Counted from the stretch's first letter, positions 8,095 through 19,098 are shown. The stretch is 64,000 nucleotides of DNA from an uncultured bacterium (GCA_964529325.1 CAZGWH010000003.1:5119-69118), one strand, 5' to 3'. A program made the numbers and translations. The notes: generated by a model from the sequence alone, not told the origin.

Positions 8095-8787
8095 ATGAGT
8101 TTAATTCACATTTATAAAGATATAGCACAATTCAAAAAATCATTTGATATTATAACAAATAAAATTCACTATCCAATCGCAATTTTTTTATGTTCATTAA
8201 TATCTAAAACTAAGGCGACTCCAAATTTTATAACCTTTATTAGTATTATTTTTGAACTTACTGCAATCAGTTTAATATGTATTAATTTTATTCATTATAG
8301 ATATGTTATTGTGATACTATTTCAACTGGGGTGGATATTTGATTTAATGGATGGAATGTTAGCTAGATATAAAAAACAGGGTTCATACCATTCGACAAAC
8401 CCTTCAATTAAGGGTTATTATTTAGATGCAGTTTCTGATCATGTTTTAAAGTTTATGGCAATCGGGGCATTGTCATTTCAACTTTCTAATTCATTTTCTT
8501 GGGGATGGAAATTAAGTTTATTATTTATAGTAATCCATGCTATTACTCAAACTGAATATACAATTCGCAATTTAATTTTAGCTAAAACACAACAAAATAA
8601 ACCTGAATTAAAAAAACGAACAGGATCTGTTATAGAATCCACCGTTTTATTATTTAATAATATATATTTATTTTATATTATATTTCTTCCTATAGGTCGT
8701 ATTGACTTATTATTTATTTGTTTTGGTATTGGTGAAATTATTTTATTTTTAAAAAGAAGTTTGAAGTTTTGGTTTACAGCAAATTGA
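8095..8787 (+). CDS. CDP-alcohol phosphatidyltransferase family protein
   Basis: DLMDGMLAR...GYYLDAVSD matches Dx2DGx2AR...Gx3Dx3D. The protein is polytopic. Confidence 0.75.
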   Translation: MSLIHIYKDIAQFKKSFDIITNKIHYPIAIFLCSLISKTKATPNFITFISIIFELTAISLICINFIHYRYVIVILFQLGWIFDLMDGMLARYKKQGSYHSTNPSIKGYYLDAVSDHVLKFMAIGALSFQLSNSFSWGWKLSLLFIVIHAITQTEYTIRNLILAKTQQNKPELKKRTGSVIESTVLLFNNIYLFYIIFLPIGRIDLLFICFGIGEIILFLKRSLKFWFTAN

Positions 8788-8810
8788 TTCATTTTGAAAA
8801 ATAATGAATA

Positions 8811-9812
8811 ATGGGTAGACAATTTAATGACCGTCCTATTTTGATAGTGGGATTACCTCGGTCTGGTACAACATGGCAATTTAATGTAATGAGTCAATCT
8901 ACTGCATTATATCCAATATTTGAACCAGATAATCGAAAAATAAATCCATTTTCACATTATTACTTAAAAGATAATCACCGTTTTCCTGTTGATGGTGGGA
9001 ATAATGAATTTTTTATGAATTATTTATGGAAAAATATTTTTACAGGTAAGTGGGAAGAGGGATATATTCATCGCGTTTTAAAATATTTATATTTAAAAAA
9101 TAATGATTCCATGGAAAATAATATTCAAAAATATTGTGGTTATAAAATTCCTAAAAATGACATGATTCAGTATTTGGAATATAATATTAATCAAAGTTCC
9201 TTACCGAATAAATACATAGTTAAATTATTTGAATATTTTTCTAAAATTAATATAAAAGGAAAAATTCCACTAATAAAATCGGTTCATTGTATTCGCCAGT
9301 TAAAATGGATTCAGAAAAATTATAATCCTAAAATTGTCATAATTACTCGAAAATTACCAAATTTAATTGCAAGTTTTCTAAGATTAAAAATGCCTGATTC
9401 ATTAAGAGGAATTTCAGCTTCACCTCTATTTAAAAAAAAAGTGGATATAATATTTGAAAATGACAATAAACAGAATGGTTTTATTTTTCATTCTATGATT
9501 ATTCAGGCGTGTGAGCTACTCACAACCCTTTTAAGCTATCATAATTTAAAAAATGACTCTGTGCTTATCAATCATGAAAAAGCATGTGAAAACCCCATTT
9601 TCCATTATAAAAATCTATTCAATGATTTAAATTTAACATGGAGCAACTCAATTGAAAAATATATCGAAGGAGAAAATATAAGCGGTGCTGGATTTGTGCC
9701 TCAACGGAGGGCTGAAAAAGAACAGATTCGATATAAAGATCAACTTTCACATTCTCAATTAAATTTAATAAAAGAATATGCTGAAGTGTATAATCTTGAA
9801 AGTTATTTATAA
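8811..9812 (+). CDS. Sulfotransferase family protein
   Basis: N-terminal PAPS-binding loop GLPRSGTTW, and a later ITRKLPNLIAS region resembling the 3'-phosphate-binding motif. Confidence 0.75.
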   Translation: MGRQFNDRPILIVGLPRSGTTWQFNVMSQSTALYPIFEPDNRKINPFSHYYLKDNHRFPVDGGNNEFFMNYLWKNIFTGKWEEGYIHRVLKYLYLKNNDSMENNIQKYCGYKIPKNDMIQYLEYNINQSSLPNKYIVKLFEYFSKINIKGKIPLIKSVHCIRQLKWIQKNYNPKIVIITRKLPNLIASFLRLKMPDSLRGISASPLFKKKVDIIFENDNKQNGFIFHSMIIQACELLTTLLSYHNLKNDSVLINHEKACENPIFHYKNLFNDLNLTWSNSIEKYIEGENISGAGFVPQRRAEKEQIRYKDQLSHSQLNLIKEYAEVYNLESYL

Positions 9813-9819
9813 ACAATAG

Positions 9820-11064
9820 ATGATAAATACATCTAATTCAAGAAAATCAATTTTATTTATTACTCCATATTTACCATCTGAATTTTCAGGGCATGCAGGT
9901 GCACAACTCATATTTAGAAATATAATTATATTATCTAAAAATTATAATATTTTTTTAATTTCGTTTATTAATTCGAATGAGTTAATGTATCTTGATATTT
10001 TAAAAAAGCATGGAATAAATATTTCATATATTATTTTTAATCGAAATTCAAAAAAACTTTCCACAAATATCATTAATTTTATCAAATATATTCCTGCATT
10101 ATTACAATCATTTTTACTTTTTAAACCATTTTTTTTAACAAAATATAAAAATAATAACTTTAAAAAATTAGTTGATAAAACCATCGCGGTGAATAAAATA
10201 GATATCATTCAAATTGAGTATAATATTATGTATCATTATTTACCTCAAAATAATAAAATAAAATCACTTCTCATCCTACATGATGTATCCACTAAATTAT
10301 ATGAAAGAAGTTACCAGCAAAATAAAAATATATTTACAAAAGCATTTAGATATATAGATTATCTAAGGTGGAAATCGGTAGAATTCAATATAATTAATAA
10401 ATTTGATAAAGTTATTTCATTAACTAAAGAAGATAAGCACTATATTTATAATAAAGTTAATACTTCAATCTCAATCGTTCCACCTCAAATTCAATTTGAA
10501 GAATGTGCTGTTAATAATAGAAAAAAAATGAATATAATTTTCATTGGCTCTTATAATAGAGAGCCTAATATTAACGCTTTAGAAATATTACTTTTTAATA
10601 TTTTTCCAAAAATTCAAGGTGAATTCCCTGATTTAACTTTAACAATTGTTGGAAAATATTTACCAACATACTTACTAAAACATATTAATAAGAATGATAA
10701 TATAATTTATAAGGGATATGTAGAAAACATAAATAATGAAATTTCAAATGCTCTCCTCATGATTGCACCCATTTTTATAGGTGCAGGATTAAAAATGAAA
10801 ATTCCACATGTATTATCTTGTGGTGTTCCTGTAATTACAACAACGGTAGGGGCTGAAGGAATTGAAATAAATGAAAGTGATGGGATGTGGATTGAAAATG
10901 ATATATTGAAAATAATATCATTAGCTATTAATTTATTGAAAGATAAAAACAGTCTAATTCAAAAAGGTATCTTGGGGAAAGAAAAAGTAAATGAATTATT
11001 TTCATCTAAAGTAATTAATGAAAAATTAATTTCAATATATGACGAATTATTTAATATTTCATGA
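9820..11064 (+). CDS. Glycosyltransferase family 4 (GT-B)
   Basis: GT-B layout with a C-terminal GAGLKMKIPHVLSCGVPVITTTVGAEGIE. Confidence 0.8.
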   Translation: MINTSNSRKSILFITPYLPSEFSGHAGAQLIFRNIIILSKNYNIFLISFINSNELMYLDILKKHGINISYIIFNRNSKKLSTNIINFIKYIPALLQSFLLFKPFFLTKYKNNNFKKLVDKTIAVNKIDIIQIEYNIMYHYLPQNNKIKSLLILHDVSTKLYERSYQQNKNIFTKAFRYIDYLRWKSVEFNIINKFDKVISLTKEDKHYIYNKVNTSISIVPPQIQFEECAVNNRKKMNIIFIGSYNREPNINALEILLFNIFPKIQGEFPDLTLTIVGKYLPTYLLKHINKNDNIIYKGYVENINNEISNALLMIAPIFIGAGLKMKIPHVLSCGVPVITTTVGAEGIEINESDGMWIENDILKIISLAINLLKDKNSLIQKGILGKEKVNELFSSKVINEKLISIYDELFNIS

Positions 11065-12563
11065 AAAATTCAACAAAAATAGCAAAAGAAGCAGGAATAA
11101 ATATTGCAGGTGAAATGTATGGAGGGATTGTTCGATTTACATTTATTGGTATTCTTGCTCGTTTAGTTGGACCTGAATTTTTAGGGATTTATTCTATTGG
11201 GAATGCAATTACGCGTATTTTTGCTGTATTAGGTATTGCAGGATTAGATAAAGGAATATTACGATATGTAAGCTATAATCGAGGTGAAAATGAAAAAATA
11301 ATAATTAAAAAATGGATTAATGTAGCTCTTAAATATGCACTATTATTTGGATTTATTGTATTCATTCTACAATTTGTCTTATCATCAAAAATTACTCTTT
11401 TATTTTATAATGGAAATATTGATATAAAAAATATAATCCAATTATTTGCGTTCATTTTACCTTTTTCAATATTAAGTGGAATTGCTGCTCATAGTACTCA
11501 AGGATTTAAAATTTTAAAATATAAGGTAATAACAATTCAAGTTATTCAACCAACAGCATTACTAATTATCCTTTTTACATTATATTATTTTAATTATACT
11601 TTATTTGATCAAATAACATATCCTTTAATTATTGCAGAAATTATTGGGTTTACCCTAATGTTTATTTTTTTACAACGCATAATGGTAATAAAACCAAAAG
11701 ATGTAATAAATCAATCGTTAGATAGTGAAATTATTAAATTCTCATTTCCGCTTATGTTAGTCGGATTATTAGGAATGATGATGCATTGGATTGATATTTT
11801 AATGTTAGGGTATTATTTAAATCCAGAAGAAGTAGGTATTTATCAGCCTGCCGTACGAACAACAGGAATTATTCGATTATTTTTAGTATCTTTTACAGGT
11901 ATATTCACTCCGATGATGTCAGAGCTAATTGCCAATAATTTAATAAAAGAAATGAAAAATATTTATCAATTAACGGCAAGATGGATGCTTACTCTCTCAT
12001 TGCCATTTTTTGTAATAGCTCTCACTCGTTCCGAGCAAATTATGAATTTATTTGGAAATCAATTTATTATAGGAGCAAATATTATTGTTATTTTAATGGT
12101 TGGGATGCTTTTTCAAGCAATTGGAAATCCCGCGGGTTCTACTTTGGTTATGGCAGGTAAAACAAAATTAGTTCTTTTCAATACTATTTTTGTTGCTTTT
12201 TTAAATATTTGTATCAATATTTATTTAATTCCAAAACTAGGTTTAATTGGAGCAGCATGGGGGACAGCTATATCTTTAATTATTCTTTGTATTGTACGAA
12301 TTATACAAATTTGGATATATTATAAAATACAACCATTTGGTTTTAATATATTAAAAGCTATCTTAAGTGGGATTATTTTATATGTAATGTCAATATTTTT
12401 ATCTACATATTTAAATCAAATCAATTATTTCTTAAATTTATGTATAACATTTAGCATATTAATTATTATTTATATGCTTTTATTATTTATATTTAAATTA
12501 GAAAGAGAAGATATAGAAGTGATTGATTCAATAAAATTAAAATTTAAAGGTTTACAAAGTTAA
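11061..12563 (+). CDS. Polysaccharide biosynthesis protein / Wzx-type (MOP superfamily) flippase
   Basis: About 14 predicted TM helices, typical length and position for this family. Confidence 0.8.
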   Translation: MKNSTKIAKEAGINIAGEMYGGIVRFTFIGILARLVGPEFLGIYSIGNAITRIFAVLGIAGLDKGILRYVSYNRGENEKIIIKKWINVALKYALLFGFIVFILQFVLSSKITLLFYNGNIDIKNIIQLFAFILPFSILSGIAAHSTQGFKILKYKVITIQVIQPTALLIILFTLYYFNYTLFDQITYPLIIAEIIGFTLMFIFLQRIMVIKPKDVINQSLDSEIIKFSFPLMLVGLLGMMMHWIDILMLGYYLNPEEVGIYQPAVRTTGIIRLFLVSFTGIFTPMMSELIANNLIKEMKNIYQLTARWMLTLSLPFFVIALTRSEQIMNLFGNQFIIGANIIVILMVGMLFQAIGNPAGSTLVMAGKTKLVLFNTIFVAFLNICINIYLIPKLGLIGAAWGTAISLIILCIVRIIQIWIYYKIQPFGFNILKAILSGIILYVMSIFLSTYLNQINYFLNLCITFSILIIIYMLLLFIFKLEREDIEVIDSIKLKFKGLQS

Positions 12564-14878
12564 TGTCGAATTATCAAAAAATTATTATATTTATTGCAAT
12601 CATGCTTTTTTCTCTCATATTTACTTTTAAAGATGTAATTAGTGGAAATAATGTATTCGCAACTCCAGACTCACAATCTGCATCATCTGTAGGAAAAGGA
12701 ATGGAAACATACAAAGCTGAAAATGGAGAATACCCAAAATGGAATCCTTGGATATTTTCTGGAGTTCCATCTACTCATTCACTACAACATGTATCTCGAT
12801 TCTATCCACCAAATTTTATTTTAAAACACCTAAACCAAATAGGAATGCCTGGATTTATAAATTATTTATTACATTTTATATTTGCAGGTTTTGGATGTTT
12901 CTTAATATTATATAATCGGAAAATAAATTATTGGGCTTCAGTTTATTCAGGGTTATCATTTGCTCTCATGCCATATTTAATCACTATGATTGTTCATGGA
13001 CATGGTTCTCAAATGATGACTTCTGCTTATATTCCATGGATTTTTTATGCATTAGATCGACTTAGAGAAAATATCAATATTAAAAATACCTCAATTCTAT
13101 CCATATTAATTGGATTCCAATTATTAAGAGGTCATGTTCAAATTGCTTACTTTACCTGGCTGATTATCGGTGTTTATATTTTATTTTACTTTATTACAGG
13201 ATTATTAAATAAAAATCAAAAAGTATCATCTGATTTTTATTTTTACTCATTCATAGCGTTAATGATCGGTTTTGGTACTGCTGTTCAATTATATTACCCT
13301 GCCCATTCTTATTCTAGTTTTTCCATTAGAGGGGGTAGCGGGGGAGGTACTGGCTTTGACTATGCAACTGCATGGTCATTCAGTTTAGGAGAAATGTTAA
13401 CCTTTTTTAATCCTAATTATTACGGTTTTGGAAGTGCTACTTATTGGGGGAATATGCCTTTCACAGATTATCCTAACTATATGGGAATACTAACAATTAC
13501 ATTTATGCTTATTGCAATATTTAATATTCGAAATACAAAAATAGGAATACTATTTTTTATTTGGTCTGCATCTCTATTATTATCATTTGGACACAATACA
13601 CCAATTTATAAATTATTTTATAATTACTTCCCATTTTTCAATAAATTTAGAGTTCCTGCAATGTTTTTAATTCTTTTGCAGTTTAGTACTGTAATATTAG
13701 CAGGGTTAGGTTTAGATTATTTATTGAAAAATGTATCAAAATGGAAAAACTATTTAAAATATATTTCCATCCCAATTTTAATTATAATTATTTCATTTTT
13801 TACAAAAAATTCCTTCTTATCTAGTTCAGAGAAGTCTCATAATATATTAGATAAAATTAGATTAGAAATGATTAATGATGGAGCATTAAATGTATTAGGT
13901 ATATTTTTAATTGCTTTAATTTTATTTTTCTTATTCTATAAAAAATTAATAAATGAAAAATTAATAGGAATTGGAATTTTAACTCTATTAATTATTGATT
14001 TATATCCTATAAACAATGAAATTATTCATCCAAGTCAAAAATTTACTCAGTCTCAATTAATGATGTCTTCGAGAAATTATAAAAAATTACAAAAAAATGA
14101 TGATATTATTAATTATTTACAAAATGATAAATCTAATTTTAGAATTCTTCCATTACCCCCATTGCTAAACGATAATCGGTGGGCTGGATTTCAAATTGAA
14201 AATGTAGGGGGATACCATCCTGCAAAATTGCAAAATTATCAAAAAATGATGACAGATGTAGGTTTTAATTCACCTGGTTTTCTACACATGTTAAATGTAA
14301 AATATTTAATCAGCTTAAGTCCATTAAATCATCCTATGTTTACAGAGGTATTCATTGGAAAGTTAAATCATCAAGGAAATTTAAAAAATACATTTATATA
14401 TTTAAATAAAATGAGTACAAATAATATTATATTCCCTCACTTTATTGATAAATATACAACACATACTGAACTGATAAATAATTTGAAAAAACCAACATAT
14501 TCACCAATAAATACAGTATATATTAATAATAGTGATGATATAATTAATGGTGAAAATGGAATTGGTATATTACAGGAATATTCAAAAAGTGCAGATTTAA
14601 TCTCAGCTACTATAAATATGGATAATGCAGGTCTAATTGTATTTAGTGAAATTTATTATCCAAATGGGTGGGAGTGCTCTGTAAATAATAAAATAGTAGA
14701 TATTATTGAAGTTAATGGATTATTAAGAGGAATTTATTTAGATAAAGGAATAAATAAAATTACAATGATATTTAAGCCAAATGATTTAAAAATGAGTAGA
14801 ATTATTTCATTATGTTCATTTTTCATAATAGGGCTTGGGTTTTTCTTTGGCTTAATTAAATCTAAAAAATATGATTAA
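12563..14878 (+). CDS. Large polytopic membrane protein, YfhO-like glycosyltransferase (GT-C-like)
   Basis: A multi-TM N-terminal half, a soluble C-terminal region and a final TM helix. The family assignment rests on architecture and context only. Confidence 0.5.
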   Translation: MSNYQKIIIFIAIMLFSLIFTFKDVISGNNVFATPDSQSASSVGKGMETYKAENGEYPKWNPWIFSGVPSTHSLQHVSRFYPPNFILKHLNQIGMPGFINYLLHFIFAGFGCFLILYNRKINYWASVYSGLSFALMPYLITMIVHGHGSQMMTSAYIPWIFYALDRLRENINIKNTSILSILIGFQLLRGHVQIAYFTWLIIGVYILFYFITGLLNKNQKVSSDFYFYSFIALMIGFGTAVQLYYPAHSYSSFSIRGGSGGGTGFDYATAWSFSLGEMLTFFNPNYYGFGSATYWGNMPFTDYPNYMGILTITFMLIAIFNIRNTKIGILFFIWSASLLLSFGHNTPIYKLFYNYFPFFNKFRVPAMFLILLQFSTVILAGLGLDYLLKNVSKWKNYLKYISIPILIIIISFFTKNSFLSSSEKSHNILDKIRLEMINDGALNVLGIFLIALILFFLFYKKLINEKLIGIGILTLLIIDLYPINNEIIHPSQKFTQSQLMMSSRNYKKLQKNDDIINYLQNDKSNFRILPLPPLLNDNRWAGFQIENVGGYHPAKLQNYQKMMTDVGFNSPGFLHMLNVKYLISLSPLNHPMFTEVFIGKLNHQGNLKNTFIYLNKMSTNNIIFPHFIDKYTTHTELINNLKKPTYSPINTVYINNSDDIINGENGIGILQEYSKSADLISATINMDNAGLIVFSEIYYPNGWECSVNNKIVDIIEVNGLLRGIYLDKGINKITMIFKPNDLKMSRIISLCSFFIIGLGFFFGLIKSKKYD

Positions 14879-16028
14879 AGAAAATTATAAAATACTCATA
14901 GCCTTCTTAGGTTTAATTATTATATTAATTACATTTAGTTTAAACCATTATCTCATTTCTGAAATTAGAAATGATGCGAGAACTCAAATTGAACAAATTA
15001 CAAAAATTTATTCCGAAAAAGTAAATTCAAGCAATGTTGAAGAATTAACTGTGATTTTAGAAGTATTACTACCTTCAATTACTTTTCCATTAATTATTAC
15101 GACAAATGATGAAATTTATGCAGTACGAAATATTAATATCAATACTCCTCCAAATACACCCGTTTATAAAAAACAAGTTACAAAAATTATTAAAAGAATG
15201 GACTCTTATTTTACTCCAATTCCAATAAAATGGAACTCTAATTCTTTTAGCTTGATTCATTTTGGTGATCCCGACCTAATTCAAAAAATCCAATGGATAC
15301 CGTATATTCAAATAGGAATGTTAGCTATATTTATTTCTTTAATTTTATTTTCGTTACATTTAATAGGTGACCATGAAAAAGACAAACTATGGGTTGGGAT
15401 GACACGGGAGACAGCACATCAGTTAGGAACTCCAATCTCATCATTATTAGGATGGATTGATTTATTGAAAGATGAAAAAATAGATTCTAAAATAATTAAT
15501 TCAATGAATTTAGATATTCAAAGACTCAAAGAAATAGCAGATAGATTTTATAAAATAGGCTCTAAGCCTAAATTTGTTGAAATTGATTTAATGGATCTAT
15601 CGAATGAAATTTGCGAATATATAAAAAATAGAATTCCTTCAAAAACAGAAATAAAATTAAATGTAGTAGGTGATCATGTCCATATTATGGGTGCTAAAAC
15701 ATTAATTGGATGGGCTATCGAAAATTTATTAAAAAACTCCATTGATGCCTGTAAAGATAAAAAAGGTGATATTAAAATTAATTTAAGTATAGAAAACCAT
15801 ATTGCAATACTAGATGTAATTGATAATGGTATGGGTATAAAAAAATCAGAGTGGAATAATATTTTTTCTGCTGGATTTAGTAATAAAAATAAAGGATGGG
15901 GTTTAGGATTAAGTTTAACAAAGAGAATTATAGAAAATATTCATCTGGGCAAAATAGGAGTTCTAAAATCTCAAGATGGCGAAACTATAATTAGACTAAA
16001 CCTACCATTAAATAATTTAATAAAATAA
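14871..16028 (+). CDS. Sensor histidine kinase (no response regulator in the window)
   Basis: Two TM helices, H-box ETAHQLGTPISSL and ATPase motifs DNGMGI and GWGLGLSL. Confidence 0.85.
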   Translation: MIKENYKILIAFLGLIIILITFSLNHYLISEIRNDARTQIEQITKIYSEKVNSSNVEELTVILEVLLPSITFPLIITTNDEIYAVRNININTPPNTPVYKKQVTKIIKRMDSYFTPIPIKWNSNSFSLIHFGDPDLIQKIQWIPYIQIGMLAIFISLILFSLHLIGDHEKDKLWVGMTRETAHQLGTPISSLLGWIDLLKDEKIDSKIINSMNLDIQRLKEIADRFYKIGSKPKFVEIDLMDLSNEICEYIKNRIPSKTEIKLNVVGDHVHIMGAKTLIGWAIENLLKNSIDACKDKKGDIKINLSIENHIAILDVIDNGMGIKKSEWNNIFSAGFSNKNKGWGLGLSLTKRIIENIHLGKIGVLKSQDGETIIRLNLPLNNLIK

Positions 16029-16033
16029 TATCT

Positions 16034-16669
16034 ATGACAAATATTGAATATCTATTATTATGTTTTTCAACTTTATTCAGTTTGGTTAATCCATTGGGAT
16101 TTCTACCTATTTTTCTCGCACTAACTGATAAATACGATAAACCTCAACGAATTATCGTACTGAAAAATGGAATTATTACGGCAATGTTTACATTGATAAT
16201 CTTTTCAATTCTCGGTACTGCAATATTTACTTTTTTCGGAATTACAATTGAAGCATTTCAAATAATGGGTGGAATTATTTTCTTTAAAACAGGTCAACGG
16301 ATGCTCGAAGGGAATATTGGAAAAACAAGAACTTCCCCCGTAGAAGAGGAGGAAAGCATAGAGAAAGATAATATTGGCATTAGTCCACTTGGAATACCGA
16401 TTATTGCTGGCCCAGGTGCTATAACAGCTACGATGGTATTAACAGGAAAAACAGGGAGTTATGAACATCTATTTATTTTAATATCATCCATTATTTTCGT
16501 TTTAATTGTAACTTACCTAACTTTTTTATGGGGAGAGACATTAATTAATAAATTAGGGCAAACTGGATCGAAAATTATACAAAGGATAATGGGGTTATTA
16601 TTAATGGTAATTGCTATTCAATTTATTATTACTGGCTCTGAAACTGTATTATATCGCATTATACATTAA
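16034..16669 (+). CDS. MarC family (UPF0056) membrane protein
   Basis: NPLGFLPIFLALT signature; about 6 TM helices. Confidence 0.8.
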   Translation: MTNIEYLLLCFSTLFSLVNPLGFLPIFLALTDKYDKPQRIIVLKNGIITAMFTLIIFSILGTAIFTFFGITIEAFQIMGGIIFFKTGQRMLEGNIGKTRTSPVEEEESIEKDNIGISPLGIPIIAGPGAITATMVLTGKTGSYEHLFILISSIIFVLIVTYLTFLWGETLINKLGQTGSKIIQRIMGLLLMVIAIQFIITGSETVLYRIIH

Positions 16670-16676
16670 TAAATAT

Positions 16677-17435
16677 TTGAGAACTTTATTTTATTTTTAT
16701 TTTCTAATATCTTGTAGTTGTTATAATGATAATTATAATAATTCATCGTTTGAAATTATTAGGGGGAGACTTCCAATATTAATAACAATTCCACACGATG
16801 GAAATAAAATTTTAAATTATGTACCAATTCGAAAAGATACCTATTTAGATTTTAATAATAAAAATGACCTTCATACTAGAACAATAGGATTAGATATTGC
16901 GGATGAACTTTACTCCCTTACAGGTAAATTACCAACGATTATAATAAATAATATTCATCGTAAGTATGTTGATTTAAATAGAGATTCAAAGTTAGCATAT
17001 AGTAGTACAAGAACCAAAATAATATATAATAACTATCATAAACTCATTTATGAAGAAATAAAAAGTAAATTGAAAAATAATAAATCAGTTCTATTATTAG
17101 ACTTACATGGGTTTTCTTGCGATACAATAGATGTTTCGCTTAGTACTCGTAATCATAAAACATTATATAATGAAAATGAATTTGATTTGATTTTCAAATC
17201 ATCTTCTGGAATTTATAAAACTTTACTATATAATAATTATATAACTAAAATTAATAATCCATTTTATGGTGGATATACAATAAAAGATATAACGACAAAG
17301 TTTAATGAAAATTTATCAGCAATGCAAATTGAACTTGGAAATAAAATTAGATATAATAAAAATGAAGGAGATAGGTTTGTAAAATTAATTTCTGAAAGTT
17401 TAATTTACTATTTGGAGGAAAAAGGTTATAATTGA
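16677..17435 (+). CDS. N-formylglutamate amidohydrolase-family protein with a lipoprotein-like signal
   Basis: ITIPHDG, YVDLNRD and LLDLHGF motifs. I prefer TTG 16677 (MRTLFYFYFLISC), which lies just after the marC stop, over the overlapping ATG 16611. Confidence 0.6.
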   Translation: MRTLFYFYFLISCSCYNDNYNNSSFEIIRGRLPILITIPHDGNKILNYVPIRKDTYLDFNNKNDLHTRTIGLDIADELYSLTGKLPTIIINNIHRKYVDLNRDSKLAYSSTRTKIIYNNYHKLIYEEIKSKLKNNKSVLLLDLHGFSCDTIDVSLSTRNHKTLYNENEFDLIFKSSSGIYKTLLYNNYITKINNPFYGGYTIKDITTKFNENLSAMQIELGNKIRYNKNEGDRFVKLISESLIYYLEEKGYN

Positions 17436-17456
17436 TTTATAGAAACACATACAACT

Positions 17457-18323
17457 TTACTTAATATATATTATCGGCATAACATTGGATGGTTCGCCAA
17501 TCACTGATAGCTGTACAAAATATTTCCCACTTTGCAGGTTCATAGGTTTTATTTGTAGATTTTGGTTTCCTGTTTGTGAAAAAAAATTAAATTGCTCTAA
17601 TAATTGACCCTTTAAATTAAATATATTAACAACAACATTTCCGCTACTCGGATTAAAATAATTAATGTTAAAATCTGGATTAAATGGATTGGGATAAATT
17701 TTATTTATTATAAAACTTTTATTTAATATATTATTATCCATATTCTTCAAACTAATGCATTCACCAATTTTTAATTTAATTTCCATAGGAGGATTTACAA
17801 ATTGCGTAAACCAAAAAGTTAAAGTATCTTCTATTGTAATATTATAATTAGTATAATTATGTTCGATAATATAATTACAATCAGCCCAAATATCATCATT
17901 AATTAAATAGAATGATACTTTTCCTGGGATTTCTGCATTAAACTCCATATTCCATTCTTGATAATTATATTCCAAAAAAATATCATCTTTATTACGAATA
18001 TCTTGCGTGAACTTAGTTGCTCCAAAATTATTATCCCAACAATCACCTGCACCTATATCATAATGCGGAAAAGCCAATCTACACCATCGTTGTATTTCAA
18101 CAGGAGGCTCTATAACATCAAATTCAGTATCATAACAATCTGATGCAATATCAGAAAATCCTGCAAAATTAAAAGAATCATAAGTAAAAAAAGATGAATC
18201 AATTAAAGTAGGACTTATCCAGCTCATATTCATTTCATATTTTGCAATAATTTGTACTTTTGATGTATGTTGTGATAGTGTAATTGAAATAAATAAGATA
18301 TATATAATATATTTAATATTCAT
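17457..18323 (-). CDS. Secreted protein with a T9SS (Por) C-terminal sorting domain
   Basis: Signal peptide plus a C-terminal domain reading IYPNPFNP....VNIFNLKGQLL....LQSGKYFVQL. Confidence 0.75.
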   Translation of the reverse strand: MNIKYIIYILFISITLSQHTSKVQIIAKYEMNMSWISPTLIDSSFFTYDSFNFAGFSDIASDCYDTEFDVIEPPVEIQRWCRLAFPHYDIGAGDCWDNNFGATKFTQDIRNKDDIFLEYNYQEWNMEFNAEIPGKVSFYLINDDIWADCNYIIEHNYTNYNITIEDTLTFWFTQFVNPPMEIKLKIGECISLKNMDNNILNKSFIINKIYPNPFNPDFNINYFNPSSGNVVVNIFNLKGQLLEQFNFFSQTGNQNLQIKPMNLQSGKYFVQLSVIGEPSNVMPIIYIK

Positions 18324-19093
18324 TCATTTCGCCATTTAGGTTTTCTTTTTTCATTATAAGCTTTAAGTGCTTCCAGCCTATCTTTTGTTCCTAATGTTTC
18401 TAAATACGCATTTCTTTCAATTTCGAGCCCTATTTTTGAATTTTCTCTAAAACTATTATTTATTGATTTTTTAGCTGAATTTATTGCAATCGGCGCATTT
18501 TTTATTATTTCTCTCGCCAATAATATTGAATTATCTAATGGATTTTCTGCAATTTGATCAATTAATCCAATATCTAATGCTTTTTTCGAATTTATAATTT
18601 TTGCAGTATAAATATATCTTTTTGCATTTGCTAGTCCTATTATTTTAGGTAACCGAAAAGTTCCACCTGCACCAGGGATTATTCCTAAGCTTGTTTCAGG
18701 AAATCCGATTTTAATATTTTGAGATGCTATTCTAAAATCACAGCAAAGTGCTAATTCAGCACCGCCACCAAGCACAGCACCCTCAAGCGATGCAATTACA
18801 GGAATTGTCATATTATCAATTTTGTTAAATACATTATTTAAGTTATTTAAAAAATGAATTGTTTCTTGGTTAGTAAATTGACTTCGCTCTTTTAAATCAG
18901 CACCAGCACAAAAGTGTTTTAATTTACTTGAAATTACTAAACACCTTGCACTGAGATCTTTAATAATTAAATTAATTGAAGAATTAAATTCTTGTAGAAA
19001 TTGAATTGATATTGCATTCACTGGTGAATTATTAAAAGATAATATATATATATTATCTTCAATTAATTCTAAATCGATAAGTTGATTTTCCAT
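18320..19093 (-). CDS. Enoyl-CoA hydratase (crotonase family; methylglutaconyl-CoA hydratase-like)
   Basis: FCAGADLKE and GGGAELALCCDFRIA motifs. Confidence 0.85.
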   Translation of the reverse strand: MENQLIDLELIEDNIYILSFNNSPVNAISIQFLQEFNSSINLIIKDLSARCLVISSKLKHFCAGADLKERSQFTNQETIHFLNNLNNVFNKIDNMTIPVIASLEGAVLGGGAELALCCDFRIASQNIKIGFPETSLGIIPGAGGTFRLPKIIGLANAKRYIYTAKIINSKKALDIGLIDQIAENPLDNSILLAREIIKNAPIAINSAKKSINNSFRENSKIGLEIERNAYLETLGTKDRLEALKAYNEKRKPKWRNE

Positions 19094-19098
19094 CTTGG

